Shown: piece after piece, positions 1 through 14,605 of the stretch | Position numbering within the stretch: position 1 is the first letter of the stretch | Layout: the number at the start of each line of letters is the position of its first letter | Origin: Tubulanus polymorphus | Taxonomy: Eukaryota; Animalia; Nemertea | DNA length: 64,000 nt | Assembly: GCF_964204645.1 (NCBI RefSeq) | Contig: NC_134028.1 | Coordinates: forward strand, 16,499,653 to 16,563,652 | Direction: 5' to 3' | Notes under the pieces: model-generated | The model's input: only the letters and a program-made list of their open reading frames with translations | Databases searched by the model: none | What the model was told of the DNA's origin: nothing | Translations under genes and position numbers: made by a program

Positions 1-299
1 TACTGTTAGACAAAGAAAATACAAAATCTATTTAGTTTTCTAAAATTGTATGTAGGCCTATGTCTCATACCGTCTCATTACCTCGAACACTGTGTATCGT
101 ATCACTCGAAATTCATAAATCTACCGGCTTTATGGCTTTAAAAAAACTAATTACACCCAAAACACCTATCTTTCTAAAATTTCAGGTTATAGCGTTTAGT
201 GGTGGTAGGAAAAATTCCTCCCAAAATCAATATACTTTGAATCAAAGACTCGGGTTCATTTTCCTTCAGTTGACAAATGAAAATATTTCGAATATCAGA

Positions 300-550
300 C
301 CAGGTCCATTTTCCTTCGTTTGACCATGGACGTATAAACTAGATTATACGTCCATGGTTTGATATAGGGAGGAACATTCCTCCCGACGTCGATACTTTGA
401 ATATCAGACCTGAAGGTCAAATTCTCTTCGTTTGACCTTGGGAGGAATATTCCTCCCAAAGTCAATTGTTAAAATATCGGACCCCATGGTCAAGTTTCCA
501 TCGATTGACATTGGGAGGAATATTCCTCCCGCAGTCAATTTTCACAATAG
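300..550. repeat. Short tandem array (~70-90 bp units) with palindromic core GGGAGGAATATTCCTCCC; related inverted copy near 49875-50030
   Basis: GGGAGGAA(C/T)ATTCCTCCC at ~367, ~440 and ~513; the segment 552-645 resembles the reverse complement of 49876-49970. Confidence 0.6.
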
Positions 551-1029
551 CGGTCCTCTTAATTGGTGACACTCAAAGAACGCGCGGCTCAGATTTCTAT
601 TGTGCGCCTATCGCGCGCTGCGCGTGAATCACTTACGTAATCTTTTCTGTAAATTTGAAGACCTAGGGGGCATTATGTTCTCTAAAGCCCAATAGTATCC
701 CAAATTCCGGACTGTTAATAGGTTGATTTTACAGCAGAGTCGACATGTTTCAACAATTTTTAACTGTTCATTTATGAATATTTGAGGACTTATGAACTAA
801 AAATTAGTTAAATTTTGGATACATTTTGAGAAAGTCACAAAACATTTGAGACTGCGTTTTTTATGAAAACATGTCACCGATGCCTTGTCCGACAGTGGGT
901 ATCCCCACGGGAAAACCTGGTTACTATTTATAGTTAAAATGAAGTAATTCCGCAATTCCGTGTTTCCGCGATATGACAACACCGGACCTTTTTGTACATT
1001 TTCCATAATCTTCCGTGGGGTTACATATA

Positions 1030-1205
1030 ACCAGGGGAATAGTATAGAACCTGGGAACACCGGACTCGAGAAACAAATAGAACCCCTGATATGTATGATT
1101 TCCCTTGGGGAACATAGGACCCGGGGAATATAGAACCCTTTTTGAATAATTTCTCTTCGGGGAATATAGCACCCGGGGAATATAGAACCCGGGGAACATA
1201 GGTAT
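1030..1205. repeat. Degenerate short tandem repeats (GGGGAATATAGAACCC-like)
   Basis: About 7 imperfect copies visible; the overlapping ORFs are repeat artefacts. Confidence 0.6.
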
Positions 1206-1367
1206 GGACCCTACAAGAACTCAATCTTATTCTGATGAGTTCAACAGACATAAGAATATATCTCTATTAATTCGAAAAAAGACATCTGTTACATTGAAAT
1301 ATTTGAATACATACGTATGTGAAGTTGTAGATCGCCAAAAAAGCACTATTATTAATATTATTATGAA

Positions 1368-1872
1368 ACATAGCTGCAAAGCAGGATAACGGGTTTTCTG
1401 GATGCATGTGATCGAAAGGAAAAATTAATTACCGGGTATTCGATGGAAAAAATAAAATGAGATGATTTGGATATTATCGGAGCAATCCTCTTTTTGGTTG
1501 AATGGTCTAACCCCAGTATAGTCCACCGTGATTTGGAAATTCTCGGAGCCCTCCTTTATTTACTTACTAAATGACGTCACAAACTGTTATTTCGCCGGTG
1601 CTTGTGTCTAACAATTCAATTCAATTCTTTATTTACAGTAACCTAATAAGTAATTTTAAGTTTCAAATAGGATGGAAAGTACATTCAGACAATCTGTTGG
1701 TTCAGAGAGACCGTTATTACAGTATCAATTTATACATTTCGTTTCGAAGCTGTCAGTTGCCGAATCTGAATGAAGATGAATTTTATTTGACGAAATCGGC
1801 GGAAAATATATGATAATGATAATAATCAACAGAATTTCAATAGGGTTTTCGACGAAAGTCAGAAAACCCTAA
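1368..1872 (-). mobile_element. Non-autonomous Helentron-type (HINE/DINE-1-like) element
   Basis: One end has the hairpin AGGGTTTTC...GAAAACCCT (1842-1870); the other has subTIR GGGTTTTCT plus stem-loop CTGC-AAA-GCAG (1371-1400). Same ends as 33895-36413. Confidence 0.6.
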
Positions 1873-2632
1873 TAAAAAACTGATGGAATATCGAGCAATG
1901 AATCCCTTCAGGTCACATGTAGGTAGAATGTTAGAAAACTCCATTGCTGCTTTACAGCCATGTTTTACATTTCATTTGGGTCATCTTTCTCAGGCGTCAA
2001 TCAAAGCATCGACGCAATGCAGGCTAACTTGTTTACGTCTCGGTTGCAGCGTGGCAGGGTGGTCATTATATTGCTCACTTAAATCACTTACACAGCCCAA
2101 TGTTTTTCAGAGTGTAAACTCCATCGTACTCGGCATTACAGGGACATTGAGCAATTGAATTTTAGGCACCTGAGCCCTGAACTTGATTCGAACAAGAAAC
2201 CTTAACTGACTTCACATAATTTGATTATGAGTCTAGGATTTTCTAAATTGCTGAATACTTTCTGCTCTGGTTTTAAGATCAATTCAAATTTAGTCTTGAA
2301 TACATAAACATTAGTCAAATAAATTTTATTGAAAGAAATTCTACTGAACACAGATTTAGAAATGTACGATGTGTTTGTTGATTTATCCAGGTGAAATAAT
2401 TACAGCAAAATCAACTGACGATCAACAAGGTGAAGTTTTCATCTATCTTTTGATAATTTGTCTACCCCTGATGACACAAGCATTTTGGCTACACCTTTTG
2501 AAACATTAACGCTTTATCTACTCGCGCTAATTAGTCATTAATCCAAAAATCAAATCTTTCTCAAACCACACAGTCTAACGCAGAAATTCGTTGTCTTTAA
2601 GAATAATCTTACTTGAAGCGGATTGAATTATC

Positions 2633-3323
2633 AACAAGGCAATTTGATACTACGTATCTATGTCCCCCGCGATCGCCAGTAGGGAATTAATGACCCCTGA
2701 AGACACTGATCTTTGGTATAGATAAATGATGAGTGTATCCAGGGATAACCATGCTATGAAATATCATTTTCCTGCCATGAATGGTTATTTAAGAATTGAG
2801 TTTACAGGGTTTAAGGCAAAAGACGTCTACCAACCTTGACCTTTGACCCTAGAACTCAAAAATCACTAATGCACATCCTCTCCCCAGGGATAATCATACT
2901 ATGAAATAGCATTGTTCTGTTATCAATTGTTCTTCTTGAATCGTGTTCACAAAGTTTCATATGAATAACCTGTTGTGACCTTGACCTTTGGTCCTTGGAC
3001 TCCAGAATCAATAGGGCACATCCTCTCCCTAGGGGTAATCATACTACGTAATAGCATGGTCCTGCTATCAACAGTTCGTCTTGAATGACGTTCATAAGCT
3101 TTCACATGAATGACCTGTAGTGACCTTGACCTTTAGTCCTTGGACCCCAAAATCGATAGGGCACATCCTCTCCCTAGGGGTAATCATACTTTGTAATATC
3201 ATAGTCCTGCGATCAACGGTTCTTCTTGAATCGCGTTCACAAGCTCATGCGGACGGACGGACGGACGGACGGAGGCGGATACCAAGTCCCCCGCTCGCGG
3301 CCTACGCCGCGCGGGGGACAATA
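2633..3323. mobile_element. HINE/pearl-like non-autonomous element with ~145-bp internal tandem repeats and (GGAC)n microsatellite
   Basis: TGACCTTGACCTTT units at 2976 and 3121 (period 145); (GGAC)5 at 3251-3271; terminal hairpin GTCCCCCGC...GCGGGGGAC; subTIR TGTCCCCCGC at ~2661. Confidence 0.6.
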
Positions 3324-6054
3324 ACGAAGTTACGAACTGTTGAAGTGAAAAACCTATCGACCGATCTGACGGAGAGTTGGCTCCCTTGTTTTTTTTATAT
3401 ATAGTACCTAGGATACTGGGGTCAAAATTTTTTTTTGTCAGGTCCCTATGCATCTGACCTCTTTCCACCTGTAATTAAGCAATCAAATGTAAGAATTACT
3501 CAGCTATGTAATATAATAGAGGAGTGAAAAAAGTATAATAGATATACCAATTTAAATCGTGCGTTTGTCGTGTAACATCTATTACTACTGTCTCGCAGAG
3601 CATAGACACCGACCATTGAGACATGTGGAATTGGTATTTTAATGGCTATTCGGTTTACTCCAAAACAAGTCTCTGATAAACTTTAATAAATTGCCCATGG
3701 GCAAAGTGTGGTTTACCTTGAAAGCTAGAGGTTGTTTGGAGTAAGGGCATTGCTTGAAAAAAAATCTTTTTAATTCGTGACTTCAAAGTTCTAGAAGTTT
3801 ATATTGTATTTTATCTTTCTTAAAGAATTATTTTGTAGTCACATAAGACCAAAGATAAACATTTGTTTATGGTCTACGTCCATAATTTCGTAGGGTACAG
3901 GTAGGCGCGGCATTGGAAACTATTTTATATTTAAAAAAAAAAATATTTTTCACAATATGAACAAATATTCAAATAAAATTCATATGATGTCACATATCAA
4001 AGGGTGGCTGAATATTGAGTCTTGGGAACGAAACTTCTTGCAATGTATGGCCGCGGAAGCTAAAACACCGGAGCGTAGTATTAGATCGTTTTAAATCCTG
4101 GAATTTAAAACGTACAAACGTACAAACAGAAAACACAGCGCTCATCTTCTGCTACGACGATTATTCAGCCTGTTATCATACCAAACGTGCACGCGCCAAG
4201 CAGCGTTACAGCATCTCCATATAGTAGTCTGTATGAGCGTGTGTTTGTGTATGCAACAGTCTAATGTTTAGCACTCCCGTCCAGCGCACGTGGAGGCCTT
4301 GTGTAGTGAACGCTTGCTTCACTTCAATCTCAATCAACACAATCATCGGATATTAAAACGAAACAATACCTTTAAAATTCGCACCTAGTCGAATGAAACG
4401 TTCGCCATAAATGGCTATCCCATTATTTTAGTAGCGCCGGAATTCCCTGTATATCCCAAAAACAGCCAATCATATTCGCTCGTAGAGACGACGCCCCCCA
4501 ATCGAGGTCATTGCAATTTTATACGCAAGAGCTAAGAATTTTCCCGCCAAAAACAGTTTTTCGTCGAATTTTAACAAAGTTGACCATGTCATCGACGGAA
4601 GTTTAACCCGAGAACCAATGAAAAAAATGCTCACATAAAAAAACGTACCGCGATTTTACATGAATTGGCTCAATGCCAACCTCATACTGCTGACAAAGGT
4701 AAACCAAAAAGCTTGATATCAAGGGTATGTCGTAGGACTGTTAACGCCCATGAATTATCATCCCACAATAACAATGAAACCGATTCTGCATGTACGTTAG
4801 CTCGACTGATTACTAATCCAAATATTTTAAACATGGCATTAGAAAAAAAACCATAACACAAAACGTCAAGTACTTACAGGAGACAGTTGCGCATACGTTA
4901 CGGCTTTAACCGCCAATGACAAAAAAGCTTGATTTGAAACGTACACTTGCACACTGCAGTTGAAATATATTCCCACCTGCTGCAAGAATCCGCAAAGGAA
5001 TTGAAGACCGTTGTGACCTGTTCATTCCACGTATAATAGCTGGACAGAAAGTAATCGAAATAAATAGTCGTATACATGAGTGTAAACCAGCCCCTTACTA
5101 ACTACTTATGCTTCCACTGGCTCTACTCACTACATTAAGGGCCTAAATCTATCCTAGGCGTATCCCCCCCCCAAAAAAGCTAGGCACTAAGTAGGTAGCC
5201 TATCATTGCTTCGCCGAGTACTCGTACTCATTTTCTACCGTATGTATTTATATCATAGCACCACCCAGTGGAAAGGTCATCTTAACTATAGTTAGAACAA
5301 GAAATCATGTCTAACATTCCCTGGTTAATGGATTCTCACCTTAAATTACATAAACTCTGCCGTCGTTGCCATCATTCAGAGTCGTCAAATGAACGCGGAA
5401 GTAAAATTCCATATGAAAATTCCATTTCTGTCCATATTGCGTTGATTTGAGCCAGAAATTTCCAGGAAGTGTAGCCAACGTAAATTGATTTACGAATAGA
5501 ATTAATCAATTGACTCATTTTAGGGATCATAGTACAATGAAGTCCTAAAACTTGCCATAAATCAGCGATAAAGTTAAGCCGAAAATGACTTCAACCATCC
5601 GCCATGTTGTTTCATTAATAAGACACTTGTTGCACACCGGCTGTATATTGTTCGCAGTAAATGACGGATCCGGACTGATGGTAAGTCTGAATCCGTAATT
5701 TACGGTTGAGTTTGACACTCGAGGTCGTCCGGTTATTTGTAGGCTTGTCGGGATGTACTTTTATCCTAGGCGTATCCCCCAAATATACGCCTTGGTAGCC
5801 TTACTCCAAGCAGAAAAAGTCCAGGAAATCCCTTATTTCATCACCAATCTGCCTCTCAGGACCAATGGATTTTATACATACAACCGAAATCCGTTACCTA
5901 TCCCATCTGCAGAATTATGGCGGCATTTATGGGGGACCTCGTCTTCACTCGAGATACTATTTTTCGGGTCCGGCCCTACGCATCTTCGAGCTACTAACCT
6001 AATTGTGGTCAGCTGCCGTCTGATGCCATCAAAGGTTGAACATGTTGAACGGAG

Positions 6055-6281
6055 CCGAGGACGACGACCTTGCAGGCATATATCTCTATAACCAATTCAA
6101 TATCCGAAACTTAGGTAGAGACTAAAGCACGGTTCAGGTCTCGGCAGCGGACACCGGCCCAAAAGTAATAACAAAACGTGTTGTCTGTTCCTTGCACGAT
6201 TTGAGCGTTTTTCGGGTATTCCCTAAAATTTCAGCGTTTTCTATTCAGTGTTTCAGCTTTTTCAGCGAAGTTCAGGAACCG
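6055..6281. mobile_element. Solitary end (TIR) of the MULE-like family seen intact at 25151-27512
   Basis: Ends in ...TTCAGCTTTTTCAGCGAAGTTCAGGAACCG, identical to the terminus at 27483-27512. Confidence 0.7.
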
Positions 6282-8159
6282 TGATTTGTGAACTTGCGAA
6301 GAGCCTGGTTTCATCGGAGGTTTTTCTATTAATCACACGGACGATACAACCAAAGCCCCAAGTTCTTCAAATTTAAACCAGGCTGGTTAGACCGGTTATG
6401 ACGAATTCAAATGTATCGACTAATGTGGTTTTTAGGCGCTATTGCGCTTTTGTACCCCCCCCCCCTCAAAATATTTTTGAATAGATATAATCAGGGATTC
6501 AAAATCAGTAATTTTTAACCAAAAAACTTACATTTTCTATGTCAAAATTAAGATATTTTTTGCCCTCAATTCATAAAAGGTTCATCGATGGGCTCGACTT
6601 TACTTCCGGGTTGGTTGTTGCTAATCTCGCGAGAATGGCGCTAAATCTAAACCGGAAATAAGTCCATAATATCACAGAATTACCTTGAGGGTGATATCGT
6701 TTAATTATCAGTATTTTGACATCGAAAAAAAATATGCAGGAATTTTAGAAAGAATTTGGTAGGGGGTACGAAAGTGCAAAAGCCGATTTTCAATAGTTCT
6801 ACCATAGAATATTTCCATACAGGCAGTAATAAGCAAGCAGTGATTCAAGCTCACGTCTTTACTGACATGTTGTAAGATTGTAAGCGCGACCTGCACCATG
6901 GTACGCGTTATCAATTACTGATATACACGCAACGAACGCGAGAGTATAAGGCGATATTGCCGACGCGACTGTACCTCATTTTTTCAACGCGCACTACTTA
7001 TCACTGTGCCCAAGTTAACAAACTATACACATAATCAGGCCCCCGAAGTGCATCTTTAACCCGAACGTCCATAAAATGAATTCAATTAATGGCGATAAAA
7101 CAAGTATTCAATCGTGTTAATATAAGACTATCACTAAAATTTCGATGCAATCAATATATCAGCCGGCCGTATGGCGACCACGGAAGTAAATTTCCGCATT
7201 TTGAACCCTCATTTTCGCATAATATCTTGATGCAACGTTAATTTCGAAATTAGACGAATCATTTAACACATTTAACACAATAAACCGTTATAGCATACGC
7301 CTTGAGTATCATGAGTCGCGCTATAAAACGATGAATATCAACTCATTCAATTGTACCGCCATTTTGTTTAGTAAAATAACGCACACCTGCTCGACCCACC
7401 TGCTCGGGGATCCCGTGAACATTAACATAAAATCAAACTAGACGAGAAAACTGATTTATCAGAGTACATATAACACGGTATAGCCAATTTACATCATCTA
7501 TCTATAATCTTTGCAAGTACAATACATTTAACGAAACTCAACTAATAAATCGATAAATAGACACACGTATATAGCATGCGTTACTGCAACATTGGAACCT
7601 TATTCTATCTGATCTGAACTTTGATCCTGATTTACCAGAAATTCATGTTCAATTTGATGATAAAGATTGTACTATAGCGAAAATTATATCGTCTCAAATT
7701 TACAGAAATCTATTAGTCAAAAATCTCCATAAAATCACACCGGTTGGATAAACGGCACCAGGGTTCGTCTTTGTGCTGTGCAGTTGTATTTTAGTGTATT
7801 GTATTTTCGTGTTTATTTGTGTAAATGCAGTTCTGGTGGTGATGATGTAAGATTTCCAGACATAGGCAATTGTTGAAAAATAAAATTCATTTTACTTTAA
7901 TTTATATGTTGCTGTCCTCGTAAGGTTTATTCGAAAAAATAGACACATCCATACGCATAACTCAAGTCATCTCTACAAAGGAATTACCAAAACCATAGAG
8001 AATTTTTCGAATGTACACTCGCAACTTTTATTTCTCGCACAATTCATTTTGTACAAAAATAGTTACAATCTAGAACAAGGCTCTGATCGCATCAACACAA
8101 TAATTTATTTCAAAAACCGACTTTCAGATCGCCCAAATCAAGATATAATATTTCAATAA

Positions 8160-8271
8160 TGTGACGTTTCCTGCTGGCCGATTATCAATGAACTATAACG
8201 CCATTCATTGTACTCTGAACGGAAGTGTCTTTATTCAGGAAAACTAATTACCGAAAGCTACATACATCACA
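8160..8271 (-). repeat. Short (112 bp) 3' LTR of Gypsy element 1
   Basis: Minus strand reads TGTGATGT...ACGTCACA (TG..CA with terminal inverted repeat), contains AATAAA, and follows the purine-rich tract GTGGAGGAG downstream of integrase. Confidence 0.7.
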
Positions 8272-8387
8272 CTCCTCCACACTAGTTAAAAGAACTAGGA
8301 GTTATCTTAAAATGCATAAGCTCCATATTAACATCTTAAAATGTAATAAAAGAAAAACTGTCATAATAAAACCCAGGAAATCCACAT

Positions 8388-9566
8388 TTAACTTTCTTCG
8401 ATCAGCCTCTTAGGTGGTACAGAAACACGACAAGATTTCCTGACAGTTATAGGAACACTATGGGCTTGGAGTTGATCAGAAACTTCAACCAAATCACCTG
8501 AGTTTCTAACTCCACTCTCAACATCTGGGTTTGAACCTTTTTGAGTACCCAGATCAGTATTGACTGGAGGTATCACTGGTACAGTAACACTAGGCATATC
8601 ATATTGTCGATTATCTACATCATCTTCACGACTACTATTTACATGAACATTTTCACTACAGGGAAATAAGTGATCAATGTGACAATAACGATATCTGCCA
8701 CCAACCCTAACTAGGTAGGTAAGAAGACCTTTCCTGTGAATAATTACACGTGGAAAGTACTTTTCAAGACCTCTCACATTAGATTAAACCATAACATTTT
8801 GTTTCTCAACAAACTCTCTAGGTTTTGATGATACGGAATCATGATATCTCCTCTGAATATCCTGTTTTGCACACATTTTGATATACATATCTGGTTTAAT
8901 AAGTGACAGCCTAGATCTTAACTGTCGTTTCCTGAAAAGTTCAGCTGGGGACCTACCTGTTATCGAGCGTGGTGTTGTTCGATACATGAACGAAAAGTTA
9001 TCCAGTCTTTTAGACGGATCAACCTTATCAACTCAAAATGCATCAAAATGTGTTTCTTGAGCGCTCGTTTAACTATTTGTACTGACCTTTTGGCCGCCCA
9101 TTTGAGTTTGGTAAACAGGTGCTGGTGTATATTTGACACCATTATTACATAAGAAGTCATGGAATTCCTCCGAATTGAATGGGGGCCCATTGACACTGAC
9201 CAACTCCTTAGGTAATCCCTCCCGAGCAAAAACACTTCTCAAGGTATAAATCACTCTTGGTGCAGTGCAGCTGTTGATGACATCATAAAACATTCCAACC
9301 ATTTAGAAAAACTATCAACATTAATGAAGTAATGTTAACCTTCAAGTTCACCAAAATCTATATGAATCCTATCCCATGCACCATTTGTTGGTCGCCATGG
9401 CAACAATGGTACCTTAACCGGAGCATTTCTCATACTAAGACACAATTGACAGTTTTGTACTAAATTTTCAATATCTTGATCAATTCCAGGATACCACAAA
9501 TAATTTCTAGCTAAAGACTTGATACCAACAATACCAAAATGTTTTTAGTGCAACTCATTCAACATG
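8388..9566 (-). pseudogene. Gypsy/Ty3 integrase (frameshifted), element 1
   Basis: HHCC region (YLWYPGIDQDIE...C..C), WDRIHIDF, LRSVFAREGLPKELVS.NGPPF, YRTTP..ITGRSPAELF, GPY/F-like C-terminus. Confidence 0.9.
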
Positions 9567-9726
9567 AGTAATAGGAAAATGACGCTTTCAGATATGGAGG
9601 TCGGAGGTCGAGACACCACTCATCACCACAAGTAATTTTTTTTCCTAATAAATAGGAGAGAGTGAACAACATACAGAATAAATTGATGTTAATGAAAATC
9701 AATATTATTGTACATATTGTAAACAA
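9567..9726 (+). repeat. Left TIR of Polinton element 1
   Basis: Reverse complement of ~19608-19767; the outer ~58 bp are identical and the inner part is imperfect. Confidence 0.9.
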
Positions 9727-9864
9727 TCTTTTTATATTAAATCTATCAACATTAACACTTCCCATTTTAAATACTTTTTTTAATACCATTGAATAACTAA
9801 CATTTCCAACTGATAGTAAGGCTCCATTATATAATCCAATTATTATCCACTTATTATCACTCAT
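9727..9864 (-). pseudogene. Truncated small Polinton membrane-protein gene (homolog of 59379-59620)
   Basis: MSDNKWIIIGLYNGALLSVG...KMGSVNVDRF matches the sequence at 59379+; runs directly into the TIR. Confidence 0.75.
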
Positions 9865-10069
9865 CTATCTCCAGTTCTACCCAGTTGCTCATGTTCTACT
9901 TTTGAGCAACTAGTTGTACTCAGTTGCTCTCATATCCGTCGATGCGAGCGCTCCATATCGGCAAAATATCGGTGATCATTATTTACGAATCGATCGTATG
10001 GATTTATTATTACAATTCATTTGAATCCGACGCCATACATGGCGATATAACGTGAACTTGCGCTAAGAG

Positions 10070-11037
10070 GTGACTCGTACTCGTGTTTGCTCATACGTGT
10101 CAAGCGGAGATCCGACAATGGGCAGAACAAAACGTAAACAAAGTCGAAACAGCTCCGGCTCTGCAAGTTCCAACGCATCCTATGAACCGGATCGTAAAAG
10201 ACACTCAACCAGAACCCGTTCTCATCAAGAACCAGTCAATGAAAATGAAAATGAAAACGAAAAAATTGCAGCCGATGATGTTTTTGAGACCCTGCCTTCC
10301 GAACGATCTCTACAGGACGAACTTTTGGATGTAAAGATTTTAGAAGTCCTCAACAGCAAAGGTGTCCGCAGTATTCTAGAATCGTTGGTCAACTCGGTGC
10401 TTTCGTCGTTTAGGAGGGAATTAACGATCATTATAAACGATAAGATGGACAGATTGGATTCTCTTACGTTGGATCTCTGGAAATCACAGGACGATCTCAA
10501 AAGTCATATGGAGACAGCCGTCGAGAAAATGAGTGCTTCGGTAAATCTCATCAAGCAACAAATTGTCGAACTGGAAAATAAATGTCCCAACAGCCAGGCT
10601 CACACTAGAGATCTCGAAGCTTACGCAGAAGAACTAGAAATGTACACAAGGCGTAATTCAGTTCGGATTTTTGGCTTAACGGAGAGTATCGATGAAGATT
10701 CAGTTACCAAATGCACCTCGTTTTTCAAAGAAAAATTGGATATTTTAATTTAAGACAATCTAATCGATCGCGCGCATAGGATTGGTAAACCGTCTATCGA
10801 TCCCCGAGTACCGCGACCACTCATCGTTAAGTTCGTTAGACATCTGGACAAAGAACGCGTACTCAAACAAAGGCGTAACCTCAAAGGTACGAAAACCCAT
10901 ATTTGCGAGGATACAACCATGAAAACGTGAGCGCGTCATGGTCGTTTGACGGTCGGATTACTGCGATCATTAATGGGAAAAAATTTAACGTAAACGGTTA
11001 AGCGGAATTCGATAGAATCCTGAATGGTCAAAAATAA
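10070..11037 (+). pseudogene. LINE ORF1 (coiled coil + L1-type RRM)
   Basis: LEMYTRRNSVRIFGL, then after a stop IDRAHRIGK...PRPLIVKFVR. Confidence 0.85.
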
Positions 11038-11317
11038 CGAATTCGCTTAGTTTCGAAAACTCCGCGCGCGCCAAACAATAATTGTATTGCGAAAACAATG
11101 ACTCGTCATATAGAACGGAGATTCTATTGTTTATTCTGGTTCGATAATAGCTATGACCACGTTCATTTTACACGTTCATTATATCTATATTTTCTTATCT
11201 ATTTTTGTTAGCATCTATATCCGATGATGGTGGGATGTTTTCAAAGTTTTTTGTGTTTTTGAATTCATGCAGGATAAGAATAGTACATTACTACTGCGAG
11301 ACTTATAATGCTGATCA

Positions 11318-14312
11318 ATGTGTTTGAATAATATTTTTGATAAGCGGATGAGTGATCTTGAGACTATGGAACAGTTTAACTTGAATAATCTAATAGACGA
11401 AGATTTTAGTTTAACCGGATCTGATTGTCCTTATCTAGATGTATCTGAAATTGGATCTATTGGAACAGGTGATTCAAAATTTAATATAGTTCACCACAAT
11501 ATTCATAGCGTCTTCAGCAAGTTAAATGATGTTAAGCTATTGATCGATAATTGTAAGAGGAAACAATTCGAAATTGATGTACTTTTACTATGTGAAACGT
11601 TTATCACCGATAATAATAAGTCCCTTTGTAAGATACCTGGGTATGTTTTGGTTGAGAAACATCGCAAGTCAATGGCTTGTGGTGGTGTGTGTGTATTTAT
11701 ATAAAAGATAGTATTTCATTCAATACCAGGGATGACCTTAGTATATTCAAAGAAGGATTTTTTGACAGCTGTTTCATTGAGATTAATTTTCGTGATTCTA
11801 AAAATTTGATTATTGGAGAAATTTATCGCGTGCCGGGTAAAAGTGAAAAACAGTTTTTAAGTGATTATTATCAACTCATAACAAATACACTAGACTCTGA
11901 AAATAAGTCAGTTGTGATAGGTATCAAAATCTGGATTACTTGAAAATAAAAAGTCATCATAATACAAATAAGTTTTTTGAAATCAACGTAAACAATGGCC
12001 TTTTACCAACTATTATAAGGCCTACTAGAATAACTAAAAACACAGCAACACTTATCGATAATATCTATGTTAGTCAAGATATTTGTTCTGCAAAATCTGC
12101 AATCTTATTAACACATTCCTCTGACCATATGCCATGCGTACTTTCAATCAAAAAAATTACTGATAAAACAATAACACAGGAATTCATGTTAGAGACCTAA
12201 ATGAAGGAAACATTAACAGAATACGACTAAGACTTGAACAGTTTAATTGGAATAATCTTGAAACTATGAATTCTGAAAACGGCAACAATCTCATAATAAA
12301 CAAATTGCATGATATATTGGATGAAATTGCCCCAAAACAAACTAAGAAACTCAAATCAGTCAAAATCATTGAACCTTGGATGACTCCCGGCTTTTTATAA
12401 TGTTCAAAGAAAAGCGACGGATTATATAAAGCAATCATTGGTACAGATAAGAGTAGTGTAAAATACAAAAATTATATATCATATAGAAACAAGTACAATC
12501 ATTTAAAAAGAGCTGCAAAAAACCTTTGGAAACCTTTAAACGTGATAGTAGAAAACTGTGGAATATTTTAAGATGTTCTATAGGTAAACACAATGACAAG
12601 AGTTCTATTATAAGTGATACTTTTGATATTCAAGGTCAACCAGTCAAGGACCCGTTTGTAATTGCCAACTCATTCTGTCAGTTTTTTAGTTCTGTCCTAT
12701 GCTGAGAAGATACGTCATTCGAGTGAAAATTATGAATCTTTTTTAGATGGCTCTAATACAAGTTCTATTTTTATATTTCCAACTGGACCCGAGGAAATAA
12801 TTAAATTCATCAATTATTTGCCTAATAAGAATAGCTCTGGTCACGATGACTTAAGTAATAACTTTCTGAAATGCATTGCAAATCAAATCAGTCAACCGTT
12901 ATCAATTGTATTCAATAAGTCTTTAGTTGAAGGGCATGTACCTGAAAATATGAAAGTAGCCAAAGTTATTCCGCTACATAAAGGAGGTTCAAAAAAGGAG
13001 CAAACTAACTATAGACCGATTTCTCTCTTACCTGTATTATCTAAGATACTAGAAAAAAATAATGCACGCTAGGCTTTACCGCTTCCCAATCAAATCTAAA
13101 AAGATTTACAATAGTCAATATGGATTTCGTCACAATCACTGCACCACTCATGCCATTATGGAATTATTAGGGAATTGTATAAGTGGGTTGGATAATAATG
13201 ACAAAGCAATGGGAATATTCCTTGACTTGTCTAAAGCATTTGATTCACTTGACATAGATATTTTATTAAACAAACTTTATCATTATGGAATTCGGGGAAT
13301 TGCATATGATTGGTTCAAGAGTTATTTAAATGGACGGAAAATTTATGTCAAATATAATAGCTTTGAATCGGAAATCAACACTGTTGATTACGGAGTTCCG
13401 CAGGGATCGGTTTTGGGGCCACTCCTATTTTTGTTGTATATAAACGATCTTAGTCATAATCTAGACAACTGCAAAGCTATTTTATTTGCCGACGACACCA
13501 CACTTCTAATTGTAGGGAAAGACTTTGAAAAAATAACTAAACATCTAAGTGACGACTTCAAAATTGCTATCAATTGGTTCAGGGCAAATAAACTCACGCT
13601 CAATATAACAAAATCTGCTGGACTTTGTATTAAACCACATCATCTAAGAATTGACAATCCCACTTTAAAATTTGAAAATAGCCAAATCGAGTTTGTTCAT
13701 GTGCATAGATTTTTAGGACTGCTGATTGATGATGAAGTTACATTTGAAAGTCACGTGAAATCTCTTTGTTCTAAGCTGAATAAGAATATTTACCTATTGA
13801 AATGTGTGAAAAATCTTTTACCAAGCTGGTCAAAGCGATTGCTTTACTTCAGTTACATAAACTCTCATCTAGCATACTGTTTATCTATCTGGGGCCCATT
13901 TATCTCAAAGAAGCAAGTCAATGTTTTAACCAACTTACAAAAGAAAGCAATCCGTGTTACTGGTTGTGCTAAATACAACGCCTCTACCTCACCTCTTTTT
14001 AAAAAGTTCAAGATTCTGAAGTTTGAAGATATGATAAACTTAGAACTTATCAAACTTGCATATGGATTTGTTTATAACCAACTTCCGCAACCAATTGTAA
14101 ATTTATTCAATAGAAATTCCTTTAATCATAGATATAATACTAGAGCTCGAAACCACCCTAGAATCCAAGCCCACAAAACCAGCATTTTCAATAAGTCATT
14201 CCTCTGTAAAGTTCCTTCAATTTGGCAAAGTCAACCTTTACTCATTAAATCCGCTCCAACTATAAACACCCTCATTAGTAGGTTCAAAAGAGATATTTTT
14301 AACCAATATTGA
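11318..14312 (+). pseudogene. LINE ORF2 (APE endonuclease + reverse transcriptase), frameshifted
   Basis: LLCET, PTRIT..TATLIDNI, SDH, NYRPISLLPVLSKILEK, FLDLSKAFD, GVPQGSVLGPLLFLLYINDL, LFADDT. Confidence 0.95.
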
Positions 14313-14605
14313 TACAAAATAGATACTTATACAAAATACTATCCTAATTCATACACGTCTGCATGATTTAAATTCATCTTAATTTTTCATCAACTCATCC
14401 CTCTTCATTTGTTCTTTTCTTTAATTTGTTCTTTGTGTTCAAGGTGTCTGAACATCCGTTTTGATATACAGCCTTTATGGCTTTGTTCAGGCTCCTGTCA
14501 CCTCATTGTTTGTAATTTACTATTGTTATTATTAATCTTGTACATATTGATGGTGACAAATAAACTACTATACTATTCTTATAGAACCAAAATTAAAATA
14601 TCTAG

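Larger units (their letters stand above)
9869..14572 (+). mobile_element. Near full-length CR1/L2-group LINE inserted in Polinton element 1
   Basis: ORF1 plus EN-RT ORF2; 3' stem-loop TGTCACC...GGTGACA, AATAAA and (CTA)n-like tail; possible TSD CTAT (9865-9868 / 14573-14576). Confidence 0.85.

Noticed and set aside
323-358. 36-bp palindrome ACCATGGACGTATAA...TTATACGTCCATGGT (similar one at ~50343)
   Set aside because: Probably a tiny MITE or footprint; too short to classify
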